NCBI GenBank assembly: GCA_963843375.1 | Contig: CAWJKT010000029.1 | Span: forward strand, 1 to 64,000 | DNA: 64,000 bases | Source of the DNA: an uncultured Pseudomonadota bacterium | GTDB taxonomy: Bacteria; Oederibacteriota; Muellerivitia; Muellerivitales; Muellerivitaceae | Direction of reading: 5' to 3' | Shown: positions 1 to 11,197 of the stretch, in pieces | How positions within the stretch are numbered: the first letter of the stretch is position 1 | How the letters are laid out: each line of letters begins with the position of its first letter | Translations under genes and position numbers: made by a program | The notes under the pieces: model-generated | Told to the model about the DNA's origin: nothing | Database searches by the model: none | Seen by the model: the letters and a program-made list of their open reading frames with translations, nothing else

Positions 1-708
1 ACCCTGAGATCCCTCATCAAATAGGGATACTTTTTGTGCGCTTGATCTGGCTTGCTTAAATTCGGCTTTGGGTAAATGGCCTCCAATCCCATTGTTTGCA
101 TGGCAGTCCTCACTTTCTTCTGCCCAACGAAAAACCCTTCATCCCTCATAGCTACGGTCATCCGACGACGTCCCGAGTAAAAAGGGGTCTGCAAGTATTG
201 CTTGTCAATCGCAAGCATCAGCTGCAAATCTTCCTCAATAAACCCTCTTGGTTCATAATAGAGCCCGGATCGATGAATCCTCAGCAACTGGCATTGTTTT
301 CTCTGCGAAAACACCGCCCCAGCAGGGTCGACCGGCTCCCTTCTCTTCTCTAACCCGAGATCCCCAATTTTTTTTTAAGCCATTCGAGCTCCATCTTCAA
401 CCGTCCAATCTGTTCGAAAAGTTCTGCCTTTTCCTTGTCATCAGACGTGCCTTTTACCTTTTTCTGTCTTTCAAAGAGCTTGGCCCCGCTCTCCATAAAG
501 ATCTTTTTCCAATCGGAGAGCGCCACCGGATGAACACCTAATTCTCCAGCTTAGCTGGGACGCTGTCTTTTCTCCCTTCAACACCTCGACTACTGCCTTG
601 AGCTTGAATTCGGGGGTGTGTTTTTTCTTATTCGGGCCATTTTTAGCCTCCTCCTGTTCTAGGAGACTATAAGCTTAGACGGTGGTCCTAATTTCTGGGA
701 CCATTATA
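1..708 (-). mobile_element. IS3-family insertion sequence, left end plus orfA and the start of orfB (runs off the window)
   Basis: The minus strand from ATG at 640 reads MARIRKKHTPEFKLKAVVEVLKGEKT..., then after a 1-bp slip ...ELFEQIGRLKMELEWLKKK, with an A9 slippery run at ~368-376. orfB follows: ...QCQLLRIHRSGLYY...TPFYSGRRRM...MGLEAIYPKPNLS...HKKYPYL. A terminal-IR-like TATAATGGTCCCAGAAATTAGGACCA starts at 708. Confidence 0.9.
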
Positions 709-709
709 T

Positions 710-1661
710 TGCTACTTCTCAGCAAGAATTGTTGGGAAGACTTGATGTTTATCGAAATGCACCGAGACCTTTGAAAAACCGACTTCTTTAAATTCTTTAT
801 CCAGTTCATCTACAGATCGAAAATTTCTCCAATGAAGTCCTAAAATGTCCCTCCATAAAATATTCTCCATTACGAGATCCCCTGCGGGAATACCCTTCTA
901 AAATCCAATCGGTTTTTTTCGATTCTCCAGGAGAATTCGTCGGAATTTCTCATAAATCAGGGAGCCCTCCCGGTTTCAAGGCTGTGAAAAATTTTTTATA
1001 TAACTCCAAAACCTTTTGTGGGTCAGATTCATAAACATTCAAACCACTACTAGCGATTACATCAAATTCATCTATAACTGTCATTTGCCAAGCGTCTTGT
1101 TGAATAAAATCCACATTTTTTACTTCTTTTTCACGAGCGAGATTTTGAGCAAGATCAAGAGATTTTTTGTCAATATCCAATCCAACAAGTCTAAACCTGT
1201 CAATATTTGAAAAATTTAAGGTTAGAAGGTCTCTCATAACTCCACAAGGAATAGAAGCTAAAACTACTCCTCCCTTCAATTTTTTTTGAAGAATATTTTG
1301 AAAAATACAAACACGCTCTCTATGTGCCAGCACAAGCACTGATCGGTTAAAAATAAAATCTTCAACAAGATTAGCAAGAGGATCTTGATCGATAGTCGCA
1401 GTGGCTAGTCTTCTATTAGAATGAAAAATTAAGTAGTCTGTCCAAAATCCGTTTGCCCCTTCTTTCCAAAAGGTAACGACCAAAAGGAAACTCCGAAAGT
1501 TGATTCAAAAGTTCTAATTGATCTTTAATCGAAATATGAGGCAAATCACCTCTAGAAATAATTTTTCCTCTAATAGCGTTGATAGCATCTTCCAAAGAAG
1601 AGCAATCAGCACAGTGACTTCGGTTGTCTGTCGTTGTCTCGCTATCTAAAGTTCTATCCAT
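710..1661 (-). pseudogene. Class I SAM-dependent methyltransferase, split by frameshifts (ORFs 1416-1661 and 950-1483, tail in a third frame)
   Basis: Motifs LASIPCGVMRDLL, LVGLDIDKKSL, QQDAW, FDVIASSGL and ALKPGG; the ORF pieces overlap; the DNA is AT-rich. The 3' end is approximate. Confidence 0.75.
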
Positions 1662-2657
1662 TTTTTATCCTCGCTACATTAGGCACTAAAATCCATAAAA
1701 ATGTGTTAGGAACTCCGTCGATTTGGACTTCTTTTGAAACAGTATAGTTTGAGTTCTTGAACATAGTTATTGTTTCTTGGTAAGTTCTCATTTTCATGCC
1801 AAGAAGCCCATGAACATAATCAAACCCAGGTAAAATCTCGTCTCTGCTATCACAAGGGGCAACTGAATCAAGGAAAAAGAAGCACTTTAAATGAGGGAAA
1901 TTATCTATAAAAGAATTCATCAAACGAACGCAACGCTCCTGTGGGGTAAAATCGTGAAATACATGACATTGAATAAGAACAACAACGTCTTCCCAAATTC
2001 CTTGAAAATTCGTTATGTCCATCTGTTCAATTATTATATTAGTCCTTTTAAATTGGTTTTTGGCTCGCTTAACCACTTTTGGTTCACTATCAAACCCTAA
2101 ACCAGGATTGCCTGTAACTTTACAGATACTAGATAGCATTTCTCCATACCCGCACCCGAGATCACAGATTGTGCCCCAAAGTTAACTCAGAAAATTCTTT
2201 AATAGGAATAGGATATGAACATTTTTTTTGCTAACTGGACAGCTGATCTAGAAACCACTGAACCTCTGATTAATTTTTCAGGTCTAAGAAAAGGAGCAGT
2301 TGCAATTTCTCTTTGATTTGAAATTAAATCTCCATAGCCATCAAAAACCATTGTAATCAAACCAATGTATTTAGCTATTTTCACTCCAAATCGAGTAATT
2401 ATAAATTTTTTATTCTTAATTTCTAAAATGCCACACTTCCTTAAAGTCGCTAACACTGACTCAATACAAATGGGGTTGTTATAATCGTTGATTTCTTTAC
2501 TGTTTAAATAACCCCTATCCAATAGAAGGTCTAGGATGCCAGTTTGGTGTAGAACTACTAAACAATTACACCCAACACCCGCGCTTATAAAATCAATCGC
2601 ATTACCATTAAAAATACTCTCTTTATTAAAAGGTTTTAGTTTTTTTAAATTCTTCAT
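1654..2657 (-). pseudogene. Methyltransferase-like protein (N-terminal winged helix plus SAM domain), split into ORFs 2199-2657 and 1654-2139
   Basis: The spacer between the ORFs encodes ICDLGCGYG on the minus strand (~2145-2171, SAM motif I). The downstream piece has GLGFD, MDIT and HVFHDF, as in O-methyltransferase-like proteins. Confidence 0.65.
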
Positions 2658-2665
2658 AAGGCCAT

Positions 2666-3668
2666 CAATGCTGTCAATTTAAGCATTAACACACACGCGG
2701 CAAAGAAAAAAACCGTTTTGGTTGTCCCACAAGCCATCTCGTGAAAAATGTCTCCCAGGCTTCACTGGCACTTTAGCTCTCCAATGCTAACTTTTTAAAC
2801 TTCTTCGCAAAATTCTCTACAGACAGCTCCCCACCCAAGGTTCTAAGCACATCCTCTTTCATGCTTCCAAATAATACGCTTCGATTCAGTCGTTCTTTCG
2901 GGTCTTTCCCAGGAATCGAGGGTCCTTCCAATTCATAACAACTCATTGCCACTATATTGGTGATGTAGATCATTGCCCAAAATTCCTGCAGCACTCCTAT
3001 GGTACTTCCTGTGGCCCAGTTTTGTAGCTGGAATTGTACTTTCTGTCGCTTGTTTTCCTTCCTCCATTGCTCTCCAACGAGCTCCATACACGGGAAACAG
3101 TTCCTCATAAGCAACCTCTTCTCTATCCACGAGAGAAGTCAAAAGGATTTCTTGTTCTCCAGAGACTGGTGAGAAAACTGCAATCCGTAGAGCGGGTGTT
3201 TCATCATACAGCTTTAATATCCCGTCTGTTTCTCCTGATGCCACAAAAGCATCTACTGTGTTGTTAAATCCAGTTGGAAGACGGAATACAAAATCGACAT
3301 TTAAAATGAAATGTGACAAAATAAATTGTTTTGATGGGTAGCCTCTATCATAAACGAAAAGTAGTCTGTCTTGGCCCCAGGATTGCATTTTTTCAACAAC
3401 CAGTTTGAGCTGCCCTTCTGCCATGCTTTCTTCTCCTATACTCAATGGCAGAAGGGCAGCTCTACGATATAGTCCAGATATTACGTCGGTAAATTCTGAA
3501 ATTCTTCCCATCACAGGGCGGCATCCGCTTGAACATTTTTTCCGCAATTATACCGTCCAAAATGCGCAATGGTATCGGAAGATTCAGGCAAGCGCAGAGT
3601 GGATCCATCTGCAGCAATAATCCTGCGGCTCTTCCAAATTCCGACCTTATCTTCTTGATAAAAGGCTC
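2666..3668 (-). mobile_element. IS4-family transposase, frameshifted and 5'-truncated, with its right terminal IR
   Basis: Minus-strand motifs WKSRRIIAADGSTLRLP...HFG (first D), LFVYDRGYPS (second D) and YGARWRAMEE (YREK region). An IR-like CAATGCTGTCAATTTAAG lies at 2666. Confidence 0.85.
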
Positions 3669-3893
3669 AGAATCCGCAAAGAATGGGATCTTCCCATCGG
3701 GCAGGGAAAACGCTATTCCCCAGGCTATCCCGCCTGCCCAGAGCAGTCGGACCAGGAAAAATATTTCAGGCTCCTTGACGCCACGAAGGCAGTCGGCATC
3801 ACCCTCACCGAAGCCCACATGATGGTACCGGAACAATCCACCAGCGCCATCGTTCTCCACCATCCCGATTGTGAGTATTTCGCGGTGAGGTAA
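3669..3893 (+). pseudogene. metH: 3' fragment (74 aa) of cobalamin-dependent methionine synthase, activation domain
   Basis: My translation (not in the ORF track): RIRKEWDLPIGQGKRYSPGYPACPEQSDQEKYFRLLDATKAVGITLTEAHMMVPEQSTSAIVLHHPDCEYFAVR*, which is the MetH C-terminal signature. Confidence 0.88.
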
Positions 3894-4008
3894 GAGGGTT
3901 TCCAAGCGTTTATAATTAGTTCGATAAACCCCAAAGGACTTAAATGTCTTCGAGACACATTTGGTTTATTTTGCTCCTCCTGATTTTCACCATAAGCAGG
4001 GAATTCGC

Positions 4009-4821
4009 ATGAAGAAAATTATTTCACTTGGTTTGTTTGTCCTTTTATTCGCCTCCGCCGGTTTTGCCGCTACCGATCAGGCCACGATTAATTTTTTAAC
4101 CGGACTAGACGGGCATTATTACTGTTTGACTCGGGAAGGACTCAGCGATTTTCAATGCGAAGTGAAATGCTCCCTGCTTGATAATTACAAAGTCAAGTGC
4201 CTAAAGACCTATCCTCCCGACGACAAGAGAACCCAAGCCATCGTCCGAATCAAATTGGTGCTTACCTATTCCACCGATGGAAAGTTGTCCTTGGACGTGA
4301 CCGATTTCGACCCCAATGGCGAGGGTGGTTCCGACGAAAACATCGCGAAAATCCTGGAAGTTGTGAAAGGGGCTTTTAACGAAAATATTTACCCCTGGCG
4401 CTCCAGTGTCTTGGAGCCCCCTTTTGGCGGGGATGATTTTGTGAAATTCGATCTGCAGGTGAAGAAAAACAACGATGGTTTTATGGTTTTATCAACGGGG
4501 GCCCAGCCAGTCACCGAACATGTGGACAAACAATGGAGGATATTCGCCATTGAGGCGGGTAACCTGGCGACCATCCAGGCTTGCAAGCTTCAATATACCG
4601 ATAGCCCTCAAGGTTTGCTTTTATCCGAGGTGGATACCCAACTGCCCCAAAAGGCCAGCGAGGAAGATGTTCAGATGGAGTATCAAACGCTCGATGGTCT
4701 CGTGATGCCCCAAAAAATGACCGTGCACGCCGAAAGAACCGGAGAGGACTCCAGCCATTTTGATGTGGTTTTTGAGTTCCGGAATTACCAGATTGATAAA
4801 ATTCCACAACAAAAGAATTAA
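4009..4821 (+). CDS. Secreted hypothetical protein
   Basis: Signal peptide MKKIISLGLFVLLFASAGFA; beta-rich C-terminus. Confidence 0.75.
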   Translation: MKKIISLGLFVLLFASAGFAATDQATINFLTGLDGHYYCLTREGLSDFQCEVKCSLLDNYKVKCLKTYPPDDKRTQAIVRIKLVLTYSTDGKLSLDVTDFDPNGEGGSDENIAKILEVVKGAFNENIYPWRSSVLEPPFGGDDFVKFDLQVKKNNDGFMVLSTGAQPVTEHVDKQWRIFAIEAGNLATIQACKLQYTDSPQGLLLSEVDTQLPQKASEEDVQMEYQTLDGLVMPQKMTVHAERTGEDSSHFDVVFEFRNYQIDKIPQQKN

Positions 4822-4825
4822 GAAA

Positions 4826-5627
4826 ATGAATATTCCCTTTTTCCTTGTCGACGCCTTCGTCACACGCGAACCCTTCTCGGGCAACCCGGCGGGGATTTGC
4901 CTCCTTCCTGGCCGAATGGATAGGCCTTGGATGCAGTTACTGGCCGCCGAAATCAACCAGGCGGAAACGGCTTTTCTTTATCCCCAGAACGACGGCTTCC
5001 ACCTGCAGTGGTTCACACCGAAGATGGAGGTGGCTCTTTGCGGACACGGGACTTTGGCCAGCGCCCATATTCTTTGGCAGGAGGGAATATTGAAAAAGGG
5101 CGAGGAAGCCCGTTTTTACACCCAGAGCGGACTTTTAAAGGCCAGCCAAAAAGGGGATTTGATCGAATTGGATTTTCCGGCGAAGCCGACGGTTCTTTGT
5201 GAAAAACCCAAGGGATTGGAGGAATGCCTGGGAACCAAGGTTTTAAGCCTGGGCCTTACGGGAACCCTCTATCTGGCGGAATTGTCTTCGGACCAAGCCG
5301 TTCGGAATGTAAAGCCGGACTTTAAGTTGATGGAATCTTTCCTGAATCCCCAATTGCACGGCGTCATTATTACGGCTGCCTCAGATGACCCGGCTTATGA
5401 TTTCGTTTCCCGGTTTTTCGCGCCCCTCGCCGGGCATTCCCGAGGACCCCGTGACCGGTTCGGCTCACTGCTGTCTGGGCCCTTTTTGGCAAAGCCACCT
5501 TCATAAAAACTCCTTTTCAGCTTTCCAAGCTTCTCAGCGGAGCGGAGCCCTCCAGGTTCGCTGTGAAGGCGATCGCGTTTTTCTGGGAGGAAAGGCTTTG
5601 ACCGTTATTCAGGGGAAATTAGCATAA
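4826..5627 (+). CDS. PhzF-family (DAP epimerase-like) isomerase with a +1 frameshift at ~5432
   Basis: VDAF...FSGNPAG, INQAETAF and LCGHGTLA in the first frame; GIPEDPVTGSAHC in the second frame after one extra G. Confidence 0.88.
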
Positions 5628-5671
5628 GTGCTCCCGGCGGAATCTTCCGGACAAAATCGACAAGGCGCTGG

Positions 5672-7621
5672 ATGGAAAAATCGGATAAATTATCCCTAAT
5701 GCAATTGCGAAACACCTTCTTCATCCTGGCGTCCGCCCTCCTTGGGGTTTCCACCGCTTTTTCACAATCAACCACACCCGTCCCAACCCCGGGCGAAACC
5801 GACTATTCCCAGGTCATTGAAAACCTCTATGATTTCATCCCCACTGAAATGATGGACGAGCATGTGAAAGGCTTGAGCATCGCCCTGGTGGACGGCGATA
5901 GGATCGTTTGGGTGAAGGGTTTTGGCTATGCGGACGCGGACAAGCGCCTCCATACCACTGGGGACACGCTTTACCACCTCGGAGCGGTTTCGAAAATCTT
6001 CACCGCGGCGGAGGTCTTGAAACTCGCACGCGAGGGTAGGGTGGGTCTGGATAAGCCCCTGGGGAAATATCTGCGGGAATTTTCTATTCATAGCCGGTTC
6101 AAAAAGGCGAAGGCCCTGACGGTGCGTTCCCTTTTGGCCGGCCATTCGGGCCTGCCGGGTTTTTTTCTCAAAGGTCTTTGGGTGGACCACCCGGAAGGGC
6201 TGAAAGACTTCCTATCCGACCTGAAGTCCGACTACATGGTCGCCCCGCCCCAAAGCCTCTATAAATATTCCTACGTGGACTACGACCTTCTGGGGCGCTT
6301 GGTGGAAGTGAAGCGAAAGAAGGCTTTCGCGGATGCCTTGAAAGAAGACCTTTTCGATCCCCTGGGGATGGAACACTCTTCCTTCGACAACTCCTCCGAT
6401 ATGGATCCGCTGCTGGCCCAGGGCTATCGCAAGGGGGACAGTGTGCCCCTGATCCACTTGCGGGATATTCCGGCTGCCGGCATGGTTTCCAGTGCCAACG
6501 ACCTGGCCAAATTTCTCCAGGTGGTTTTGGGAGAAGGGGAACAAGGCGACCCGCCGTCGTTTAAGAGTGAAATTCTAAAGTCCATGTTCAAACCGCAGTA
6601 TTTGGACATTCCGCTGGACCTCGGCCACCAAGTGGGAATGGCGTGGCAGCTTTCCGGGTTCGATGTCCAAGGCTCCCAGGGAACGGCTTGGCATGACGGC
6701 GAATATCCGCCCTACATCGCTCAATTGACGGTGCTTTACCGACAGGGTCTGGGCGTTGTTTTCCTCTCCAACAGCGAGGAAGGGGACAAACCGAGGGAGG
6801 AGGTGACGGTGCGGGCCCTCAAACTAATGCTCCAGGCCAAATATGGGATCAAGGCGGATTTGAAAAAGAAAAAAATCGAGATGCCCAAGACCGTTGAAGT
6901 GCCGCCGGACCAACTGGACCGGGACGGGGGATTTTATTCGGCCCTGGGCCAGTTGATGAAAGTTTTCCGAAAGGATGGCCACCTATCGGCTGATTTCGCA
7001 GGCCAACAGCTGGACCTGTTGCCTGTTTCCCCGGATACCTTTGTGCCCCACCTGGTTTTTCTTCTGCTTTTTCCCGTTGACCTGCCCCAGTATCCGCTCA
7101 CTTTTTCCACGGTCGGGGACCAGGACTTAGCGGTGTTAGGAGGATTGAGCTTTCCCGTGCCATTGCAAAAGATCCAGCCAGTGGATATCCCGCGGGCTTG
7201 GATGGACAGGGAGGGAGATTACGAACTAGAAAATCCCGACGGGCAGTTTGAGTTCAGTCGTATTTCGTTGGGCGAAAAAGAGGGGTTCCTGACGGTGACT
7301 TTGAAAGTTTCCTTTAAGGCCTTCGACCTCAAGGACCAGGAATTTAAAGTGGCCCTAATGCCTCTCTCCGATGAGGACGCGGTCATACCCGGGCTTTTTT
7401 ACGGCGATGGGGGGACCCTGCATGTGGGGGAGGATAACCGGGTTTATTATTCGGGCTATTGGTTCGCAAAAAAGCCGGGCACCAATCCGACACCCGCCGT
7501 CAACCCGGAACCGAAACCGGTGGTGCCGGTGGTTTTGACCCCGGTTGGTAAAATGACCATTCCCACGCCAGTTCCGACCTCCGCCATTTCTGCCAAACCC
7601 AGCGCCAGGCCGACTATTTAA
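5672..7621 (+). CDS. Secreted class C beta-lactamase/serine-hydrolase-fold protein with degenerate catalytic motifs
   Basis: GLSIALV, GFGYAD, LTVRSLLAGHSGL, LFDPLGM and PAAGMVSSANDLAKF are present. SxxK reads AVSK and YxN reads YSY. Pro/Thr-rich tail. Confidence 0.85.
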   Translation: MEKSDKLSLMQLRNTFFILASALLGVSTAFSQSTTPVPTPGETDYSQVIENLYDFIPTEMMDEHVKGLSIALVDGDRIVWVKGFGYADADKRLHTTGDTLYHLGAVSKIFTAAEVLKLAREGRVGLDKPLGKYLREFSIHSRFKKAKALTVRSLLAGHSGLPGFFLKGLWVDHPEGLKDFLSDLKSDYMVAPPQSLYKYSYVDYDLLGRLVEVKRKKAFADALKEDLFDPLGMEHSSFDNSSDMDPLLAQGYRKGDSVPLIHLRDIPAAGMVSSANDLAKFLQVVLGEGEQGDPPSFKSEILKSMFKPQYLDIPLDLGHQVGMAWQLSGFDVQGSQGTAWHDGEYPPYIAQLTVLYRQGLGVVFLSNSEEGDKPREEVTVRALKLMLQAKYGIKADLKKKKIEMPKTVEVPPDQLDRDGGFYSALGQLMKVFRKDGHLSADFAGQQLDLLPVSPDTFVPHLVFLLLFPVDLPQYPLTFSTVGDQDLAVLGGLSFPVPLQKIQPVDIPRAWMDREGDYELENPDGQFEFSRISLGEKEGFLTVTLKVSFKAFDLKDQEFKVALMPLSDEDAVIPGLFYGDGGTLHVGEDNRVYYSGYWFAKKPGTNPTPAVNPEPKPVVPVVLTPVGKMTIPTPVPTSAISAKPSARPTI

Positions 7622-8297
7622 ACCTTTTGGCGGCTTCCTCAAGGATGGCGACGGTGGCGGTGGCGCCCACCCGGGTGGCGCCCAATTCCAGCGCTTCCAG
7701 CAGGCTGTCCAGGTCCCGAATGCCCCCGGCGGCCTTGACTTGGATGTAAGGAGGACAGTATGCCCGCATGAGTTTCAAGTCCTCATGAGTGGACCCGCCG
7801 GAGCCGTAGCCGGTGGACGTCTTCACGAAATCCGGGCCGACGTTTTCACAGATTTGGCACAGCCTGATCTTATGCTCGTCGTGCAGGTAACAATTTTCAA
7901 AGATGACCTTGCTGAGGGCCTTGCCGGCCTTGCAGAGGCCTACGACCCCCCGGATATCTTTCTCCACGAAATCCCAATCGCCGCTTAAAACCTTCCCGAT
8001 ATTAACGACCAAGTCCAGTTCGGTGGCGCCGTACTGGATGGCCTGTTGGGCTTCCAACATCTTGACCGCGGTCGTGGATCCGCCGTGCGGAAAACCCACC
8101 ACCGACCCCACCGCCACACCGGAATCTTTCAACGAAATGGCTGCTCTTGAAACGAAATGGGGTTTGATGCAAACCGACGCGACTTTATACCTTCGGGCGA
8201 TTTCGATTCCTTCCACTAGGGCATCGTCCGTCAAAACGGGATTTAAAAGGGAATGGTCGATCACCTTGGCGAGGGACTCGGGGGAATGGTTTTTCAA
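7614..8297 (-). CDS. deoC: Deoxyribose-phosphate aldolase
   Basis: IDHSLL, VVGFPHG, ELDLV, KVIFE, FVKTSTG, VKAAGGIR, GATRVG. Confidence 0.95.
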   Translation of the reverse strand: MKNHSPESLAKVIDHSLLNPVLTDDALVEGIEIARRYKVASVCIKPHFVSRAAISLKDSGVAVGSVVGFPHGGSTTAVKMLEAQQAIQYGATELDLVVNIGKVLSGDWDFVEKDIRGVVGLCKAGKALSKVIFENCYLHDEHKIRLCQICENVGPDFVKTSTGYGSGGSTHEDLKLMRAYCPPYIQVKAAGGIRDLDSLLEALELGATRVGATATVAILEEAAKRFK

Positions 8298-8518
8298 GGG
8301 ACCATCCTATAACCGCCCGGGACCAGATCTGCCGCGCGGTCATACGCCAAACCCGGGATGAGCGAAGTGATGAAAAGCTTTAGGAGGTCCTCAAAGGTAT
8401 TCTCGCTGCGCATGACTTTCATCAGGCGCTGGTACATGAGAATTTCCCGGGCGAGGACTTTTTTTTCGAGAAGGGCCTTTTGCAAAAGGCTCTGCTTTTG
8501 AGGATGGCGCTTGGCCAT
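8294..8518 (-). CDS. Short ORF resembling the start of a GAF-domain sensor, possibly truncated
   Basis: GGAGG RBS; coiled-coil followed by ...FEDLLKLFITSL...GLAYDRA, typical of a GAF N-terminus; overlaps the deoC start. Confidence 0.4.
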   Translation of the reverse strand: MAKRHPQKQSLLQKALLEKKVLAREILMYQRLMKVMRSENTFEDLLKLFITSLIPGLAYDRAADLVPGGYRMVP

Positions 8519-8674
8519 AAAACCTCCAGCAGAAGGATATGCGTTTAACCTTTTGGTTTAACGAATAAATTGTCCCACCTTTTAGGCAAAAGTCAAATAA
8601 AAAGCCGCCTGGCCTGCCCTTTTGGAACCATGGGGCTTTTACCAGGCGGCTTAAATCCAATTTGAATGGAATGT

Positions 8675-9308
8675 TTAGTCTTTGTATTTCACATGACAGC
8701 CGTAAGGCGGGGTGGAAGGAATCGAAACTTTCTTTCCGTTCACCATGGATTCAGTCAGTGCCCGGTCCACGTAGTTTACGAAAGCTTCGCCCGAATCAGT
8801 CTTGGTTACATCTTCGTCCATGCGGGGGGCGTTATCGATGGCCCCGTCGTAAATGAGAATTCCTTTAGGATCGATGACAAACATATGAGGGGTGGTCTTG
8901 GCGTCGTAAGCGTGCCCCAAAGTACCTTTGGGATCCAGAAAAACAGCCGTCACATGAGCGCTGTGGCCGTTCATATCAATATTGGCTTGGGTTGCCTCCG
9001 CGTAGCCTTCCATACCGGGAGCGGAAGAAATGACCGCGAACCACTGCACTCCCTTCCTAACCCATTTGGCCTGTAGTTTCTCCATTTTACCTTTGTACTG
9101 GCTCACGACAAAGGGACAGGATTGGTTATGCCATTCCAAAACCACGTACTTTCCCTTGAGATCGGCCAGTTTATGCTCCTTGCCCATGCTGTCGGTGGCG
9201 TTGAAATCCGGAGCCGGGTCACCTACCGTTGCCGCGCGACCTAAAGATCCGATTGCTAAGGTTATCAGGACCACAGCGTAATAATTTCCACTGCTTAAAA
9301 CTTTTCAT
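8675..9308 (-). CDS. Exported redoxin (AhpC/TSA, thioredoxin-like); true start probably ATG 9308, with a 1-bp indel in the signal peptide
   Basis: VGDPAPDF, VVLEWHNQSCPFV, YDAKTTPHMFVID, YDGAID, PYGC; AGGAGG precedes 9308. Confidence 0.85.
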
Positions 9309-9339
9309 TCTAATCCTCCTTAAAAAATTTACTGAAACC

Positions 9340-10168
9340 CTACTCCTCCGATAACGGGACAGTTACGTTATATCCCTTCGTCGTTTTCTTGTCTTTGATC
9401 ACTAGAACCCCTTCCAAGGATTTTAGGTCCTGCGCCAGTTGGTCGGACTTTTTGACCGCCAGTTGTATGGAATCGCCTGAAATCTTGAACACCTGGGCGG
9501 GAGCGTTTTCGATTTGATTCGGGTGCAGGGGAACAAAAAGGGCCGTGGTGGTTTTCGCGACGAGAGCCCCCGTATCCAAGTCGATATGAAATTCTTTTTT
9601 ACCCATGGAACCGGCCACTTTCCAATCCTCCGGCACATCCGCAGGGAGGCCACGGCGGGCCGACTGGAAAAGATATTCATGCCGGGTATTCAGTTTGGGT
9701 TTGTGGTTTTTGACCACCAAGCGGACATTAAAAACCATGTCCCCGGGAATGCAGATTTCATTGCAAACCAGCCACCGGATATGGGCCGAGAAACGGACGA
9801 AATGGCCAGGCTTTAAGTTGGCCGGGGCCTGGATGGGAACCATCAAAACGGTTTCATTGGTGTAGCCATAATCGGCCAAGCGAAGGAAGCGTGATGCGTT
9901 GGGGAGTGGGCCAAATGATATCGCCCGCCACGAAGCCATCCGGAAGGGTCCAGGTGATGGAGGGCGCCTGGCCCGAATCCCCCGGGTTTTGCCAGTAAAT
10001 ATGCCAGTCTTTTTGCATGCGGAAATGAAAACCAACCGTGACACTGCCACCCGGTTGGACCGAGGCTTGTTCGGCCAGCAACTCCACTTTCAAGTGGGTA
10101 AGGTTTTGTGAAAAGGCGGGGGCTATACATAAGAAGAGAAATGCCGCCAGAAAGATTCGTCGAAACAT
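9340..10168 (-). CDS. DsbD N-terminal-type (protein-disulfide reductase) domain protein, frameshift at ~9880
   Basis: WHIYWQNPGDSG...WPTP in one frame; YGY...WLVCNEICIP in the next. Confidence 0.85.
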
Positions 10169-10330
10169 GTGATTCCTTGATGAGAAAATTCAAATTGCCA
10201 TTGCGAGGTTGTTCCCCGAACAGGGGACGGTTACGACAAATAATCCGGGTTTAAATAAGTCCAATTTATCTAAAACCAATTTTTTTGACGTAATTTTACG
10301 AGCAATGGCGTCGGGAATTTAGACGCTGGA

Positions 10331-11030
10331 TTAGTCGATTTTGAGCCTATAACCGACTCCCGATTCGGTGACAATATACCTTGGCCGGTCGGGATCGGCC
10401 TCTAATTTTCTGGCGGAGTTGGTAAACGTAAATTCTCAAGTATTGTACCTGATCCCCGCTGGCCGGGCCCCAAACTTCCTGCAGGATCTGTTTTTGGGTG
10501 ACAACTTTACCCGCATAGCGGATGAGGAAGGCCAGCAGGTCATACTCGTTGGGAGTCAAATGGACTTCCTTGCCCCGGACCGTGACAACCCGGGCGGAGA
10601 GGTCCACCTTGAAGTCGGGTGTCTCGAAAACCGGGTCTTGCTTTCCCCCTTGCTTCATCGTCTGGGCGTGTCGCAGGGCCACACGGATGCGGGCCATGAG
10701 TTCGCCCACGTCAAAGGGTTTGGTGAGATAGTCGTCAGCCCCGGCGTCCAACCCGGCGATCTTGTCTTTTTCTTTGCCGCGGGCCGTGATGATAATGATG
10801 GGGATTGTGCTCCATTCCCTCAGACGCTTGACGATTTCCAGGCCGTCCAGGTCAGGAAGTCCCAGGTCCAAAAGAATGATATCGGGATTGTGGGATGAGG
10901 CCAGGGCCAAGCCTTCCTCGCCCTTGACGGATTCCAACACCTTGAAGCCCTGGCTTTGCAGGGTGGGTTTGAGAAAACGACGGATGGCGAGTTCATCTTC
11001 GATGATTAAAACCGTACCGGTGTCAGCCAT
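10331..11030 (-). CDS. kdpE: KdpE response regulator, copy 1 (extra A at ~10407; corrected end ...LEADPDRPRYIVTESGVGYRLKID*)
   Basis: IIEDE, LLDLGLPD, GADDYLTKPF, HLTPNEY, YLRIY; lies downstream of kdpD. Confidence 0.92.
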
Positions 11031-11197
11031 AAAAATCCTCGTTCCAGAATTGAAACTGTCATTTCGGCAGCTGCCCCGGGAATGGCGGGGAGTTTAGGAC
11101 GAAGCAACCCCTGTTCCCGGACACTTGACTCAATTTATTATAAAACAATTTAGGAGAATGGGTGGTTTTGCCGTGAACTCAGGCCCGTTATGACACT

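Noticed and set aside
3405..3958. ORF-track entries spanning the IS4/metH junction
   Set aside because: They are shadow frames crossing two unrelated gene fragments.
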